Shown here: positions 6,713-15,089 of the stretch, piece after piece
Position numbering within the stretch: position 1 is the stretch's first letter
Layout: every line of letters begins with the position of its first letter
Source of the DNA: Methanobacteriota archaeon
GTDB taxonomy: Archaea > Thermoplasmatota > Thermoplasmata > RBG-16-68-12
Direction of reading: 5' to 3'
Assembly: GCA_005878385.1 (NCBI GenBank)
Contig: VBMN01000078.1
Location: 1 to 42,651 of the forward strand
DNA: 42,651 bases
The notes under the pieces: model-generated
The model's database searches: none
Seen by the model: the letters and a program-made list of their open reading frames with translations, nothing else
What the model was told of the DNA's origin: nothing
Position numbers and translations under genes: made by a program

Positions 6713-8672
6713 GGATCACTTCCATCTCTCGCTCCAACACCTTCAATTCCTGTTCCTTCACGGTGGCGGATCCCAACGAGATGATCAGGGCGTAATGGCT
6801 TTCCGAGATGGCGTCCAAAAGACGTCGGACGAACTTGAGGACCGCGTCGAAGGAATTGTTCGACACCAGGTACTCGATTCCGTCGAGCAACACGGCGCCC
6901 CGCGGCTGTTTGGACATGAAGTCCTCGATTTCGTACACGATCCGCTCGAGTGCGGGAGCAATCGTGTCTTCGGCGGATCCTTCCCGATCGGTCAGCCACA
7001 GGACCCGTTCCGCAGAGAGATCGTAGGTCTCGCGGACTCGCTTCGGATTCGTCCGGGTGATGACGAGTCCGCCGCCGCGACCGCCGAGAAATGCCGCGAA
7101 CCGACGGAACGCCTCGGCAGGCCGCTCCTCTTCGATCAGGTAGCTCCTTCCCGGCGACAGGCCCTGCAGGCTGATCGGTTCCGCGCGCTCCTGGACCGCC
7201 ACGGGCGGTGGCGCCGCCTCCGACGGCGGCTCGGCGAGGACCTCTCTCACCAGGTCCTCCGTGATCGGACGACCCATCATCGAAGAGAAGGCCACGACCC
7301 GATTGAGCGCTCCCCCGAGTTCGCGGACATTCTCCTCGACGAGGCTCGCAATGAGCTTCAGCACGCCCGGCTCGACCGTCACCTTGGCTTCGCGCGATCG
7401 GCGTTCGAGGATTGCCACCCGCGTGGCCAATTCGGGGGGTTCGATTCCGGCGACGAGGCCGGATTCGAACCGAGAGATGAGGCGTTCGTCGAGGTTTGCA
7501 ATCGCCTTCGGGGGACGATCGCTCGCCAGCACGATCTGCTTCCCGGCGCCGTGGAGGTCGTTGAATGCGTGGAACAGTTCTTCGTGGACCTCCGTCATGC
7601 CGCTCAGAAACTGGATGTCGTCGATGAGGAGACAATCCACCCCTCGAACCCGATCTCGAAAGGCCCCCAACGTGCCCTTCTCGCGGGCGTCCGTGAGACC
7701 GGTTCCGAAGGCCTCGCACGTGAGGTAGAGCACCTTCGCGCCGGTCTCGTGCGACGCGATGTAGTTCCCGATCGCATGGAGAAGATGTGTCTTGCCGAGG
7801 CCCGGACCCGACGTGATCAGGAGGGGGTTGTAGGCCTTCGCCGGCTGTTTCGCTACCGCAATCGCGGCCGTGTGAGCGAACCGGTTGCTCTCTCCGACCG
7901 TGAAGCCTTCGAACGTGAACGCCGGTGCGAGGTTCGTCGCGGCATCCCGCGGAGGGGCCGGTTCCTCGAGGGCTTTTTCGACCTCCTCCGAGGAGGGCAG
8001 CGGAGCTTCGGACTTCATCTCTCGCCGCTGTTTCATGACGAGTTCCAGGACTTTCTTCGTCCGCTCCTTGAACTCGCGTTCCCGCGAGCGTTCGAGGCTG
8101 CGTCGGGACTCGACTCGCCGCATGCTCTCCGTGGCCTCCCGGAGCAACTCGACCTCGGCATCGATGTCTGGATGCCGGATCGGATCGCGGAGCCTCTCCC
8201 GGAGAATTGCGGCCCGCGACTCGAAGCCGGTCACGTCCAGGCTCGCGAGGGCCTCGGAGGCCGCTTCCGCCTTTTTGACGGCTTCCCGCATCGCCAGGAC
8301 CGAGGCGGTCAACACACTCGGCTCCGCGGCGAGGTTCGCCTCGATCACCGAGACGTCGTACGACCGCTCCTTCCACGTCCGAAGTTGGGCCTCGATATCC
8401 CCGCGGTCCAGGGCTTGCGGGACCTTCGTCTTCTTCACGACCTTCGAGGGCCGTTCCAGGACCGCATCCGCGTACTCGCGGACGAGTCCGTCCATGTCCA
8501 CCCGCGCGTGAAGCTCGAGGACGCACGATTCGTCATAGGAGTCCTGCCACACCTTCTTCAGGGCGTTCCGCCCGCGGTCTTGTGCCTCGTCCCGCTGGTG
8601 CAGGCTCGCCTCCGGGTTCCCTCCCCGGAGGAGCACGATTCCCTCCGACCGTTTGCCGCCCGCGGTTCGCAC
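6702..8672 (-). CDS. DnaA-type AAA+ ATPase with a helical/coiled-coil N-terminal half and a C-terminal DUF835-like domain (no DnaA domain IV)
   Basis: DnaA domain III motifs: FTFEGFTVGESNRFAHTAAIAVA, GPGLGKTHLLHAIGN, CLLIDDIQFL, IVLASDRPP, ERLISRFESGL, NVRELGGALNRV. The C-terminus GRSYLIEEERP..VITRTNP..LWLTD..VLLDGIEYL..LKFVRRL..LKVLEREMEV matches the DUF835 pattern. The N-terminus probably extends upstream of GTG 8672. Confidence 0.85.
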   Translation of the reverse strand: MRTAGGKRSEGIVLLRGGNPEASLHQRDEAQDRGRNALKKVWQDSYDESCVLELHARVDMDGLVREYADAVLERPSKVVKKTKVPQALDRGDIEAQLRTWKERSYDVSVIEANLAAEPSVLTASVLAMREAVKKAEAASEALASLDVTGFESRAAILRERLRDPIRHPDIDAEVELLREATESMRRVESRRSLERSREREFKERTKKVLELVMKQRREMKSEAPLPSSEEVEKALEEPAPPRDAATNLAPAFTFEGFTVGESNRFAHTAAIAVAKQPAKAYNPLLITSGPGLGKTHLLHAIGNYIASHETGAKVLYLTCEAFGTGLTDAREKGTLGAFRDRVRGVDCLLIDDIQFLSGMTEVHEELFHAFNDLHGAGKQIVLASDRPPKAIANLDERLISRFESGLVAGIEPPELATRVAILERRSREAKVTVEPGVLKLIASLVEENVRELGGALNRVVAFSSMMGRPITEDLVREVLAEPPSEAAPPPVAVQERAEPISLQGLSPGRSYLIEEERPAEAFRRFAAFLGGRGGGLVITRTNPKRVRETYDLSAERVLWLTDREGSAEDTIAPALERIVYEIEDFMSKQPRGAVLLDGIEYLVSNNSFDAVLKFVRRLLDAISESHYALIISLGSATVKEQELKVLEREMEVIRVP

Positions 8673-8920
8673 GGTCCGGACATAGCCCGAGAACGAGTAC
8701 TTTTTCAGGTCGAGGAGGAGTTGTTTCAGCGCGTTCGCCCCGCCCCGAGTTGTGCGGATGAGTTTGCCCTCTGGGAGCAGGAGGTCTTGGGGCGTAGGTT
8801 TCCCTCGGTCCTTGCGTCCATCTCCCGGGCCCCTCTAAAAAGCTTGCAACCTAGTTCCCCCGTTTGAGAACACAGGCCTGGCTCCCGGGGGAAACCCGCC
8901 ACCGGCGCGATGCAAAAAGG

Positions 8921-8928
8921 CTATTACA
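8921..8928 (+). promoter_or_regulatory. Possible TATA-like element (CTATTACA) for pgk
   Basis: Centred about 28 nt upstream of ATG 8952. The box is weak. Confidence 0.35.
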
Positions 8929-8951
8929 TTGCGGCTTTCTGTCTCATTCTG

Positions 8952-10205
8952 ATGGCCCGGGATTTCTTCACGATGGACGATTTCGACCTCTCGGGCCGTA
9001 CCGTGCTCCTCCGGGTGGATATCAACTCGCCCGTCGACCCGGCGACGGGGCAGCTCCTGAACGACGCGCGGATCCGGGAGCACCTCACGACGATCCGCGA
9101 GCTGCGGCTTTCGAAGGTCGTGCTGTTGGCGCACCAGTCCCGCCCGGGGAAGGACGACTTCACGACCCTCGAGGCGCACGCGGAACGGATCGCCGCCCTC
9201 CTCGGCCGGCCCGTGCGGTACGTCTCGAGCCTGTTCGGAAGGCCCGCGATCGAGGCGATCGGAGCGATGGCGGTCGGGGACGTCGTCGTGTTGGAGAACA
9301 CCCGATTCTACGCAGAGGAGGAGGCCCTTGCGGATACAAAGCTCGAGAAGATGGCGAAGACGCATATCGTGCAGCGCCTCGCACCCCACGCCGAATACTT
9401 CATCCTCGACGCCTTCGCCGCGGCCCATCGCGCTCAGCCCAGCCTCGTCGGATTTTGCGACGTCCTCCCGTCCCTCGCGGGTCGGGTGATGGAGCGCGAG
9501 CTGACGATGCTCACCCAGGCGGTCCAGGATCCGGAGCGGCCAAAGGTCGCTCACCTCGGCGGCGTGAAGGCGGACGATTCGATCGCGGTCGCCCGGCACA
9601 TGCTGGAGAAGAACATCGTGGACACCGTGCTCACGTCCGGCGGGGTCGCGAACATCTTCTTGGACGCCTCCGGCGTCGACCCGGGGGAGCCCACGACGGA
9701 GTTCATGCGACGCGAAGTGGACGACTATGACGCCATTCAGACGGAATGCAAGGAAGTCCTCCGGAAATTTTCGAAGAGAATCCTCCTGCCGACGGACGTG
9801 GTCCTCAACGACGACGGAGGAAGGAAGCCCGTGTCCGTGGACGCGCTCCCTGCGAAGCTGCTCGTCTATGACATCGGACTCGACACCATCGCCCACTACG
9901 CAGACGTAATCCATCAAGCGAAGACGATCTTCTTCAACGGTCCCGCCGGGGTCTTCGAGCTTGAACCGTTCTCCGTCGGCACGCGGGAACTCCTCACCGC
10001 GGTCGCTGAGTCCGACGGACTGTCGGTCGTGGGAGGAGGTCACACGGTGGCGGCCGTGGAGCGGTTTGGGCTTCAGGATCGGATTGACCATGTGAGCACC
10101 GGTGGCGGGGCACTGATCAATTTCCTCGCCGGTCGAGAGCTGCCCCTGGTCACCGCGCTGCAACATTCGTACAAAAAGTTCTCGAAGGGCGGGTCCAAGG
10201 CCTGA
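8952..10205 (+). CDS. pgk: Phosphoglycerate kinase (archaeal type)
   Basis: N-terminus MARDFFTMDDFDLSGRTVLLRVDINSPV, plus later GGGHT/STGGGA-type motifs (VVGGGHTVAAV, VSTGGGALINFL). The ORF track starts at 8910. I prefer ATG 8952 because of N-terminal homology and the TATA position. Confidence 0.9.
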   Translation: MARDFFTMDDFDLSGRTVLLRVDINSPVDPATGQLLNDARIREHLTTIRELRLSKVVLLAHQSRPGKDDFTTLEAHAERIAALLGRPVRYVSSLFGRPAIEAIGAMAVGDVVVLENTRFYAEEEALADTKLEKMAKTHIVQRLAPHAEYFILDAFAAAHRAQPSLVGFCDVLPSLAGRVMERELTMLTQAVQDPERPKVAHLGGVKADDSIAVARHMLEKNIVDTVLTSGGVANIFLDASGVDPGEPTTEFMRREVDDYDAIQTECKEVLRKFSKRILLPTDVVLNDDGGRKPVSVDALPAKLLVYDIGLDTIAHYADVIHQAKTIFFNGPAGVFELEPFSVGTRELLTAVAESDGLSVVGGGHTVAAVERFGLQDRIDHVSTGGGALINFLAGRELPLVTALQHSYKKFSKGGSKA

Positions 10206-10238
10206 TCTCCGGAACCAAGCCTCGCTCCCGTCAATGCG

Positions 10239-10246
10239 TTATATAT
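10239..10246 (+). promoter_or_regulatory. TATA box (TTATATAT) for the permease gene
   Basis: Centred about 24-27 nt upstream of ATG 10267. It lies inside the longer ORF-track model (start 10234), which argues for the downstream start. Confidence 0.5.
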
Positions 10247-10266
10247 CGACCGCGTTCGGTCGGCCG

Positions 10267-11640
10267 ATGGTGCGACTGAGGAGACCGCCTGAGTGGGGTG
10301 TGGAACCGGTCCCCGACTCGCTCCGTATCCTAAGGACGTTCGACCTGTTTGTCCTGTGGTCCAGCCTCGGGGCGGGACTCTTAGTCCTCGCGGCGGGTGC
10401 GCTCCTCGTGACCGCGTTCGGTTTTTCCCTCTGGGAGGCGGCAATCGTATCGCTCGGCGGTTCGATCGTGGGAAGTCTGCTCCTCGCCGCGGCGGGTCAC
10501 CACGGCAGTCGAGCGGGCGTACCGACGATGGTCAGCCTGCGTCCGATCCTTGGGCGCGCCGGGTCCTACGTACCGACCGCCTTGAACATCCTGCAACTCC
10601 TCGGATGGACCGCGTTTGAGCTGCTCATTATGGCTCAGGCGGCCGCAATCCTGACGGGGAATATTCTCGGCCCTTGGACGGCCGCGTTCTTTGTGCCCGT
10701 CTGGGGAGCAATCACGATGGCCCTGGCCTTGGGCGGTCCCCTGGCGGTCGTTAGGAGCTGGCTCGAGCGGTTCGCGATCTGGATCGTGTACGGATCGACG
10801 ATCGCCGTCGCGATCGCTCTTGGCCTACACGGCCTGAACCTGAATTTCCGTCCTCCGGCAGTCGCCGGCGCTTTCACGGGGACGGGGTCGCTCCTCCTCG
10901 GCCTGGATCTCGTCGTCGCGATGCCGATCTCTTGGTGGCCCTTGATCTCTGACTACAACCGTTTCGCACGGTCACCGAAAGGAGCCGCCGCGGGGACGAG
11001 CCTCGGTTACATTGCCGCGAACACGTCCTTCTACCTCCTCGGGGCGGCCTTGGTGTTCCTCGGCATCACCGCGTTCGGGTTGAACCCGCAAGTTCCCATT
11101 GCATTCCTGGCGACGCTTGGCCTCTTGGGCCTCAGCGCCCTCCCGTTGATCGCGATCCTGGTCGACGAGACGGACAATGCCTTCGCAGATGTGTATTCCG
11201 CGGCCGTGTCCGTCCAGAATCTTTCGATGCGACGCAAACAGGCGACGACGATTGTGGCCTCCACCTTCATCGGCATCGCGGCCGCATGGTACCTGGTCGC
11301 CTCGGGCCAAGGTATTGGCGGACCCTATGAGACGTTCCTCCTCCTGATTGGAGGCCTCTTCGTCCCGCTCCTGGGAGTCGTGATCGCGGAGACCTTTTTC
11401 GTGCGTCGCGGAGGGTATCCGCGAAGCGATTTCTTCGAGGGGGCGCCCCGCTGGCGGTGGCCCGCCTTCGCGAGTTGGATCCCCGGTACGGCGCTGTACT
11501 TCGTGATCGTCTGGTTCGCCCTGCCGATCGGCGCGACCCTGCCTTCGTTCGCCCTCGCCGCCGGTCTCCACGTTGTGTTCTCGAAAATCGAACAAGGATT
11601 CGCGCGGTCGTCGCCCGTCGTATCGGACGGCGAGCCGTGA
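10267..11640 (+). CDS. NCS1-type nucleobase/cytosine-purine permease-like transporter
   Basis: About 12 predicted TM segments. N-terminus EWGVEPVPDSLRILRTFDLFVLWSS resembles purine-cytosine permease/CytX-like proteins. Substrate unknown. Confidence 0.75.
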   Translation: MVRLRRPPEWGVEPVPDSLRILRTFDLFVLWSSLGAGLLVLAAGALLVTAFGFSLWEAAIVSLGGSIVGSLLLAAAGHHGSRAGVPTMVSLRPILGRAGSYVPTALNILQLLGWTAFELLIMAQAAAILTGNILGPWTAAFFVPVWGAITMALALGGPLAVVRSWLERFAIWIVYGSTIAVAIALGLHGLNLNFRPPAVAGAFTGTGSLLLGLDLVVAMPISWWPLISDYNRFARSPKGAAAGTSLGYIAANTSFYLLGAALVFLGITAFGLNPQVPIAFLATLGLLGLSALPLIAILVDETDNAFADVYSAAVSVQNLSMRRKQATTIVASTFIGIAAAWYLVASGQGIGGPYETFLLLIGGLFVPLLGVVIAETFFVRRGGYPRSDFFEGAPRWRWPAFASWIPGTALYFVIVWFALPIGATLPSFALAAGLHVVFSKIEQGFARSSPVVSDGEP

Positions 11641-11716
11641 ACGTCCATCTGCAACGGTCCCTCATGTGAGATCAGGAGGCCCGGACGTGGCCATTTCACG
11701 CGGGGTCCGACGATAG

Positions 11717-11725
11717 CTATTTTAC
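11717..11725 (+). promoter_or_regulatory. TATA-like element (CTATTTTAC) for LemA
   Basis: Centred 27 nt upstream of ATG 11748. Confidence 0.45.
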
Positions 11726-11747
11726 GTCGGGGCCCATGGGAGAATCG

Positions 11748-12305
11748 ATGACCCTCACGCTAGGCTCCCGCAGGCGCTTGACCCTCGTCGGCATCCTCGT
11801 GATCGTCCTCGTGTTGCTCGCGTGGATCGTCGCCGCCTACAATTCCCTCGTGGCCAAGGACCAGGGGGTGACGGCCCAATGGGCGCAGGTCGAGAACCAA
11901 TACCAACGGAAGATCGACCTGATCCCAAGTCTCGTAGGGGCCGTGACCCAGTACCAACAGTTTGAGCGTTCGACGTTGGAGAACATCACGCGTTTGCGCT
12001 CCCAATGGTTGAACACATCCGGCATCGACCAGCGGATCAACACGTCACAGAGCCTCGACCAGAACCTCTTCGCGATTCGGGTCACGTATGAGAACTACCC
12101 GGACCTCCACTCGGACCAGCTCGTCGCTGGATTGATGGACGAACTCGCGGGCACGGAGAATCGGATCGCGGTGGAACGGATGTGGTACAACGATGCGGTC
12201 CGTTCCTATAACACGGCCGTCATCTCGTTCCCGAATTCCCTCTTGGCAGGCTCATTCGGCTTCCAGCCTCGTAAGTATTACGATCCGATCCCCGGCGGTC
12301 CTTGA
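11748..12305 (+). CDS. LemA family protein
   Basis: N-terminal TM followed by YNSLVAKDQGVTAQWAQVENQYQRKIDLIPSLV..ENYPDLHSDQ..YNTAVISFPNSL, the classic LemA pattern. The ORF-track start at 11736 is 12 nt upstream. Confidence 0.85.
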   Translation: MTLTLGSRRRLTLVGILVIVLVLLAWIVAAYNSLVAKDQGVTAQWAQVENQYQRKIDLIPSLVGAVTQYQQFERSTLENITRLRSQWLNTSGIDQRINTSQSLDQNLFAIRVTYENYPDLHSDQLVAGLMDELAGTENRIAVERMWYNDAVRSYNTAVISFPNSLLAGSFGFQPRKYYDPIPGGP

Positions 12306-13024
12306 GGTCTCCGGGCCGGAGGGACCGCATGCGAACGCTTGCCGTTCCCATCCTTCTCGTCTTCGGCGTGGCGATGAGCTCGTTCCCCGTGGTCGCTCAG
12401 GACCTGCCGACGATCTACCTGTACGTGAACGACCTCACGACGCCCGGCACGCTGCTGTCCGATGAATTCAACGCCCTCGAGGACCTCTGTTACCAGGTCG
12501 ATTCCCTCACGTCCGCCGAGATCGCGATCCTCGTCGTGAACACGACCCAGCCCTGGGGAATCGACACCTTCGCTGCTCGGACGTTCAGCGCGAACGGCAT
12601 CGGGAAGGCAGGCAGAGACAATGGAGTCCTCTTGGTCGTATCGACCGACGAACGCGCCTGGCGATTCGAAGTGGGGTATGGACTCGAAGGAATCCTGAAC
12701 GACGCACTCGTCGGTCGCATCGGACGGGATAACTTGACGCCGGCCCTGCAGTCCGGAGACTTCTTCGAAGGGATCTACGATGCCACCTACGTGGCCGGAA
12801 GCGAAATCGTTTCGAGGTATGACGGGGGATCCGCAAACCCGGAGCCTTCCCTCCTCGTGCTCGATTGGAAGGCGGTCGCCGTCGTGGTGATCGTCTTCCT
12901 CGCCATCTCCATCGTGACGCGAGGCCGTTCGTTCCTCTGGATCGGAGCGTTGTTCAACCTGTACCGCCGCGGTGGCTTCGGTGGCGGGCGAACTGGCGGG
13001 GGCGGTGCGCGGGGCAAGTTCTGA
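12302..13024 (+). CDS. TPM-domain (YgcG-like) membrane protein
   Basis: Signal peptide MRTLAVPILLVFGVAMSS. TPM-like core EIAILVVNT..GIGKAGRDNGVLLVVSTDERAWRFEVGYGLEG. C-terminal TM and Gly-rich tail. TTG 12302 overlaps the LemA stop as TTGA. ATG 12329 is an alternative start. Confidence 0.8.
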   Translation: MRSPGRRDRMRTLAVPILLVFGVAMSSFPVVAQDLPTIYLYVNDLTTPGTLLSDEFNALEDLCYQVDSLTSAEIAILVVNTTQPWGIDTFAARTFSANGIGKAGRDNGVLLVVSTDERAWRFEVGYGLEGILNDALVGRIGRDNLTPALQSGDFFEGIYDATYVAGSEIVSRYDGGSANPEPSLLVLDWKAVAVVVIVFLAISIVTRGRSFLWIGALFNLYRRGGFGGGRTGGGGARGKF

Positions 13025-13198
13025 CCTCCTGGGGGCGAAGCCTCCGAAGGTGAGCGGAACTCCCCCGGAAGCGTGCCCAGATTGGGTCTCCCATCTCCGA
13101 CCTTTCGACCGCGCGCGCGAGTTCGGAGAATTATCAAGTACCCCTCAATGTGCTCCAGAGATCGACTGATCCACGAGAGCAGACGGTGTCGAGAGCAG

Positions 13199-13630
13199 AT
13201 GGATGTCAAACCCGAATTCCCTCAACGATCGCCCCCGGTCGATCCACCGACCAAGAGCGGCACGCCGATCAGCGTGGGGAGGCGTCTCCTCCAGTTCACG
13301 ACGGTCATCGCGGTGGGATTGTTCGTCCTTCTGTTGCTCTTCTTGCCCAGGGCCACATTCCAAATCGAACGAGTCGAATTCATTAAGACTTCTTGCGACC
13401 CGGTCTCCCACAGCCACCAAGTTACCGCGGCCATGTCGATTCGAAACACCGGTACGGCGGGAGGCGTGGCGAGCGTACGCCTTCTGGTCGACGGGGGAAT
13501 TGCCGTGATCGGCCACTATGAGGTACCGGCGCACGAGAGTGTCCAGCGGGGTCTGAGCGCGCCCGTATTCGATTGCCAGTGGCACCGCTTCGGGGTTGAG
13601 CTCTTCGTCGAGCCTTCCGATGGTGGCTAG
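13199..13630 (+). CDS. Hypothetical single-pass membrane protein
   Basis: TM TVIAVGLFVLLLLFL followed by a beta-rich about 90-aa domain. The start was chosen at ATG 13199 (MDVKPEF). The Arg-rich ORF-track N-terminus from 13073 looks non-coding. Confidence 0.5.
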   Translation: MDVKPEFPQRSPPVDPPTKSGTPISVGRRLLQFTTVIAVGLFVLLLLFLPRATFQIERVEFIKTSCDPVSHSHQVTAAMSIRNTGTAGGVASVRLLVDGGIAVIGHYEVPAHESVQRGLSAPVFDCQWHRFGVELFVEPSDGG

Positions 13631-13646
13631 ACAACTATTCGTGGGG

Positions 13647-13720
13647 AGCCGCCAGGGGGCTTCGATCCCCCGACCTGCAGTTTACGAAACTGCCGCTCTG
13701 CCGGGCTGAGCTATGGCGGC
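13647..13720 (-). tRNA. tRNA-Thr: tRNA-Thr (anticodon CGU), 74 nt, no intron, CCA not encoded
   Basis: Manual fold: acceptor GCCGCCA/UGGCGGC, D-arm GCUC-AGCCCGGCA-GAGC, anticodon arm GCAGU-UUCGUAA-ACUGC, variable loop AGGUC, T-arm GGGGG-AUCGAAG-CCCCC, discriminator U. Confidence 0.85.
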
Positions 13721-13885
13721 ATTGCGCCACCATCGTCCCACGGGGCGGCCAGGCGGAATTTCCCGCGCTAACCGGATGAGCTGCGGTGGTGCAACCGCGA
13801 GGAAAAGCTCCCACGCCATAAAGATTCCGAGACCCTTCCGTTCCGGGCCGCCACCGTTAAGGTTGATTCCGCCCTTCGCGCGGAT

Positions 13886-14995
13886 GTGGAGCGCGTCGCG
13901 GGCTGGTTCTACGACGGACGGCGATTCCGGGAAGGAACGATCGGATGGGAAGACGATGTCATCGTCGAAGTCCGGAACGGCCGGGCCCGGAATCCGATTG
14001 CGACCGGACTGATTATCCCGGGGCTGTGGAATGCCCACACCCATCTGGGCGACGCCGTCGTCACCCAGGAACTCACCGGGACCCTGGAGGAACTGGTCGC
14101 TCCGCCGCATGGACTCAAACATCGGATTCTCGCGAGGGCGAAGGACGACGCTGTCATTGCAGCGATGCGGCGCGCGATGGCCACGATGCTACGGACGGGC
14201 ACGACCGGCTTCACCGATTTTCGGGAGGGCGGCCTGAAAGGACTCAAACTCTTGTACGCCGCGGTCGCCCCGATGCCGCTTCGGGGAGTGGCCCTCGGGA
14301 GGCCGATGGGCCTCGACTACGACGCGCGAGAGGTCTCGGCGATCTTGCAGACGTCGGATGGAATCGCGGTCAGCTCATACGTCGATTGGCCTGGAGATGA
14401 AATCCGGAAGCTCGCCGCGCACGTCCGGCGCGAGAAGAAGATCTTCGCGGTCCATTGCTCCGAACGGATCCGAGAGGATATCGACAAAGTCCTGGCCTTG
14501 TCGCCCTCGTTCCTCGTGCACATGCTTCAGGCGACGGATGCCGACCTGAATCGATGCGCCGACGCCGGCGTCCCAATAGTCGTCTGCCCACGATCGAATG
14601 CCTTCTTCGGGATGACGCCGGACATCCCGCGCATGATCCGATCCGGGGTTGAACTCCGCCTGGGGACCGACAACGCAATGATCAATGTCCCGTCCATCTT
14701 GCGGGAGATCGAGTTTGCGTACCGCGTGGCACGGATGCACGGCGGCGTGCCGGCCCGGGACATCTTCGAAATGGCTCTTCACGGCCGTCAGGTCGCTGAC
14801 CGGCACACCTCCGGTGCGATTCGAGTCGGAGAGCAGGCCGACCTCGTGGTCTTCGATCTCCCGGGAGGTTTGAACGGGTTTGCATCCCTGATGCGAGCGT
14901 CCGCGAGCGATGTGAGCCTCGTCGTGTCGGGCGGTCGCATGTGGCCGAGCCGATCGACCACGACTCCGCGAACGGCCCGGCGCCGGCGCACCTGA
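13886..14995 (+). CDS. Metal-dependent amidohydrolase (chlorohydrolase/deaminase family)
   Basis: LIIPGLWNAHTHLGD (HxH metal motif), later AVHCSE and LGTDNAM motifs. GTG start. Confidence 0.75.
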   Translation: MERVAGWFYDGRRFREGTIGWEDDVIVEVRNGRARNPIATGLIIPGLWNAHTHLGDAVVTQELTGTLEELVAPPHGLKHRILARAKDDAVIAAMRRAMATMLRTGTTGFTDFREGGLKGLKLLYAAVAPMPLRGVALGRPMGLDYDAREVSAILQTSDGIAVSSYVDWPGDEIRKLAAHVRREKKIFAVHCSERIREDIDKVLALSPSFLVHMLQATDADLNRCADAGVPIVVCPRSNAFFGMTPDIPRMIRSGVELRLGTDNAMINVPSILREIEFAYRVARMHGGVPARDIFEMALHGRQVADRHTSGAIRVGEQADLVVFDLPGGLNGFASLMRASASDVSLVVSGGRMWPSRSTTTPRTARRRRT

Positions 14996-15057
14996 GGAGA
15001 TCGATTTCCTCCCGTGGGGACGGGCTTACGCGGTAGCGATGCGACTTCCACCCCATG

Positions 15058-15065
15058 CTTTATCA
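15058..15065 (+). promoter_or_regulatory. TATA box (CTTTATCA) for glyS
   Basis: Centred 29 nt upstream of ATG 15090. It lies inside the longer ORF-track model (15039). Confidence 0.5.
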
Positions 15066-15089
15066 CCGGCCCTCCCCTTCGGGGCCGCG

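Noticed and set aside
6673-8867. Very long alternative ORFs over the DnaA-DUF835 gene (6795-8867 plus strand, 690 aa; 6673-8526 minus strand, 617 aa)
   Set aside because: They are Arg/Gly/Pro-dominated low-complexity translations typical of off-frame or antisense reading in GC-rich DNA. The 6702-8672 frame carries unmistakable DnaA and DUF835 motifs.
5100-8900. DnaA-like gene as a marker of a replication origin
   Set aside because: The protein lacks the DnaA-box-binding domain IV. I saw no cluster of TTATCCACA-like boxes or Orc-binding ORB-like repeats in the flanking spacers. The context is archaeal.
13631-14122. Genomic island or integrase next to the tRNA-Thr, and ORFs 13682-14122 (minus) and 13713-14012 (plus)
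   Set aside because: No integrase, no direct repeat of the tRNA 3' end, and flanking genes are ordinary. The two ORFs overlap the tRNA and the amidohydrolase upstream region and are Arg/Pro-rich.
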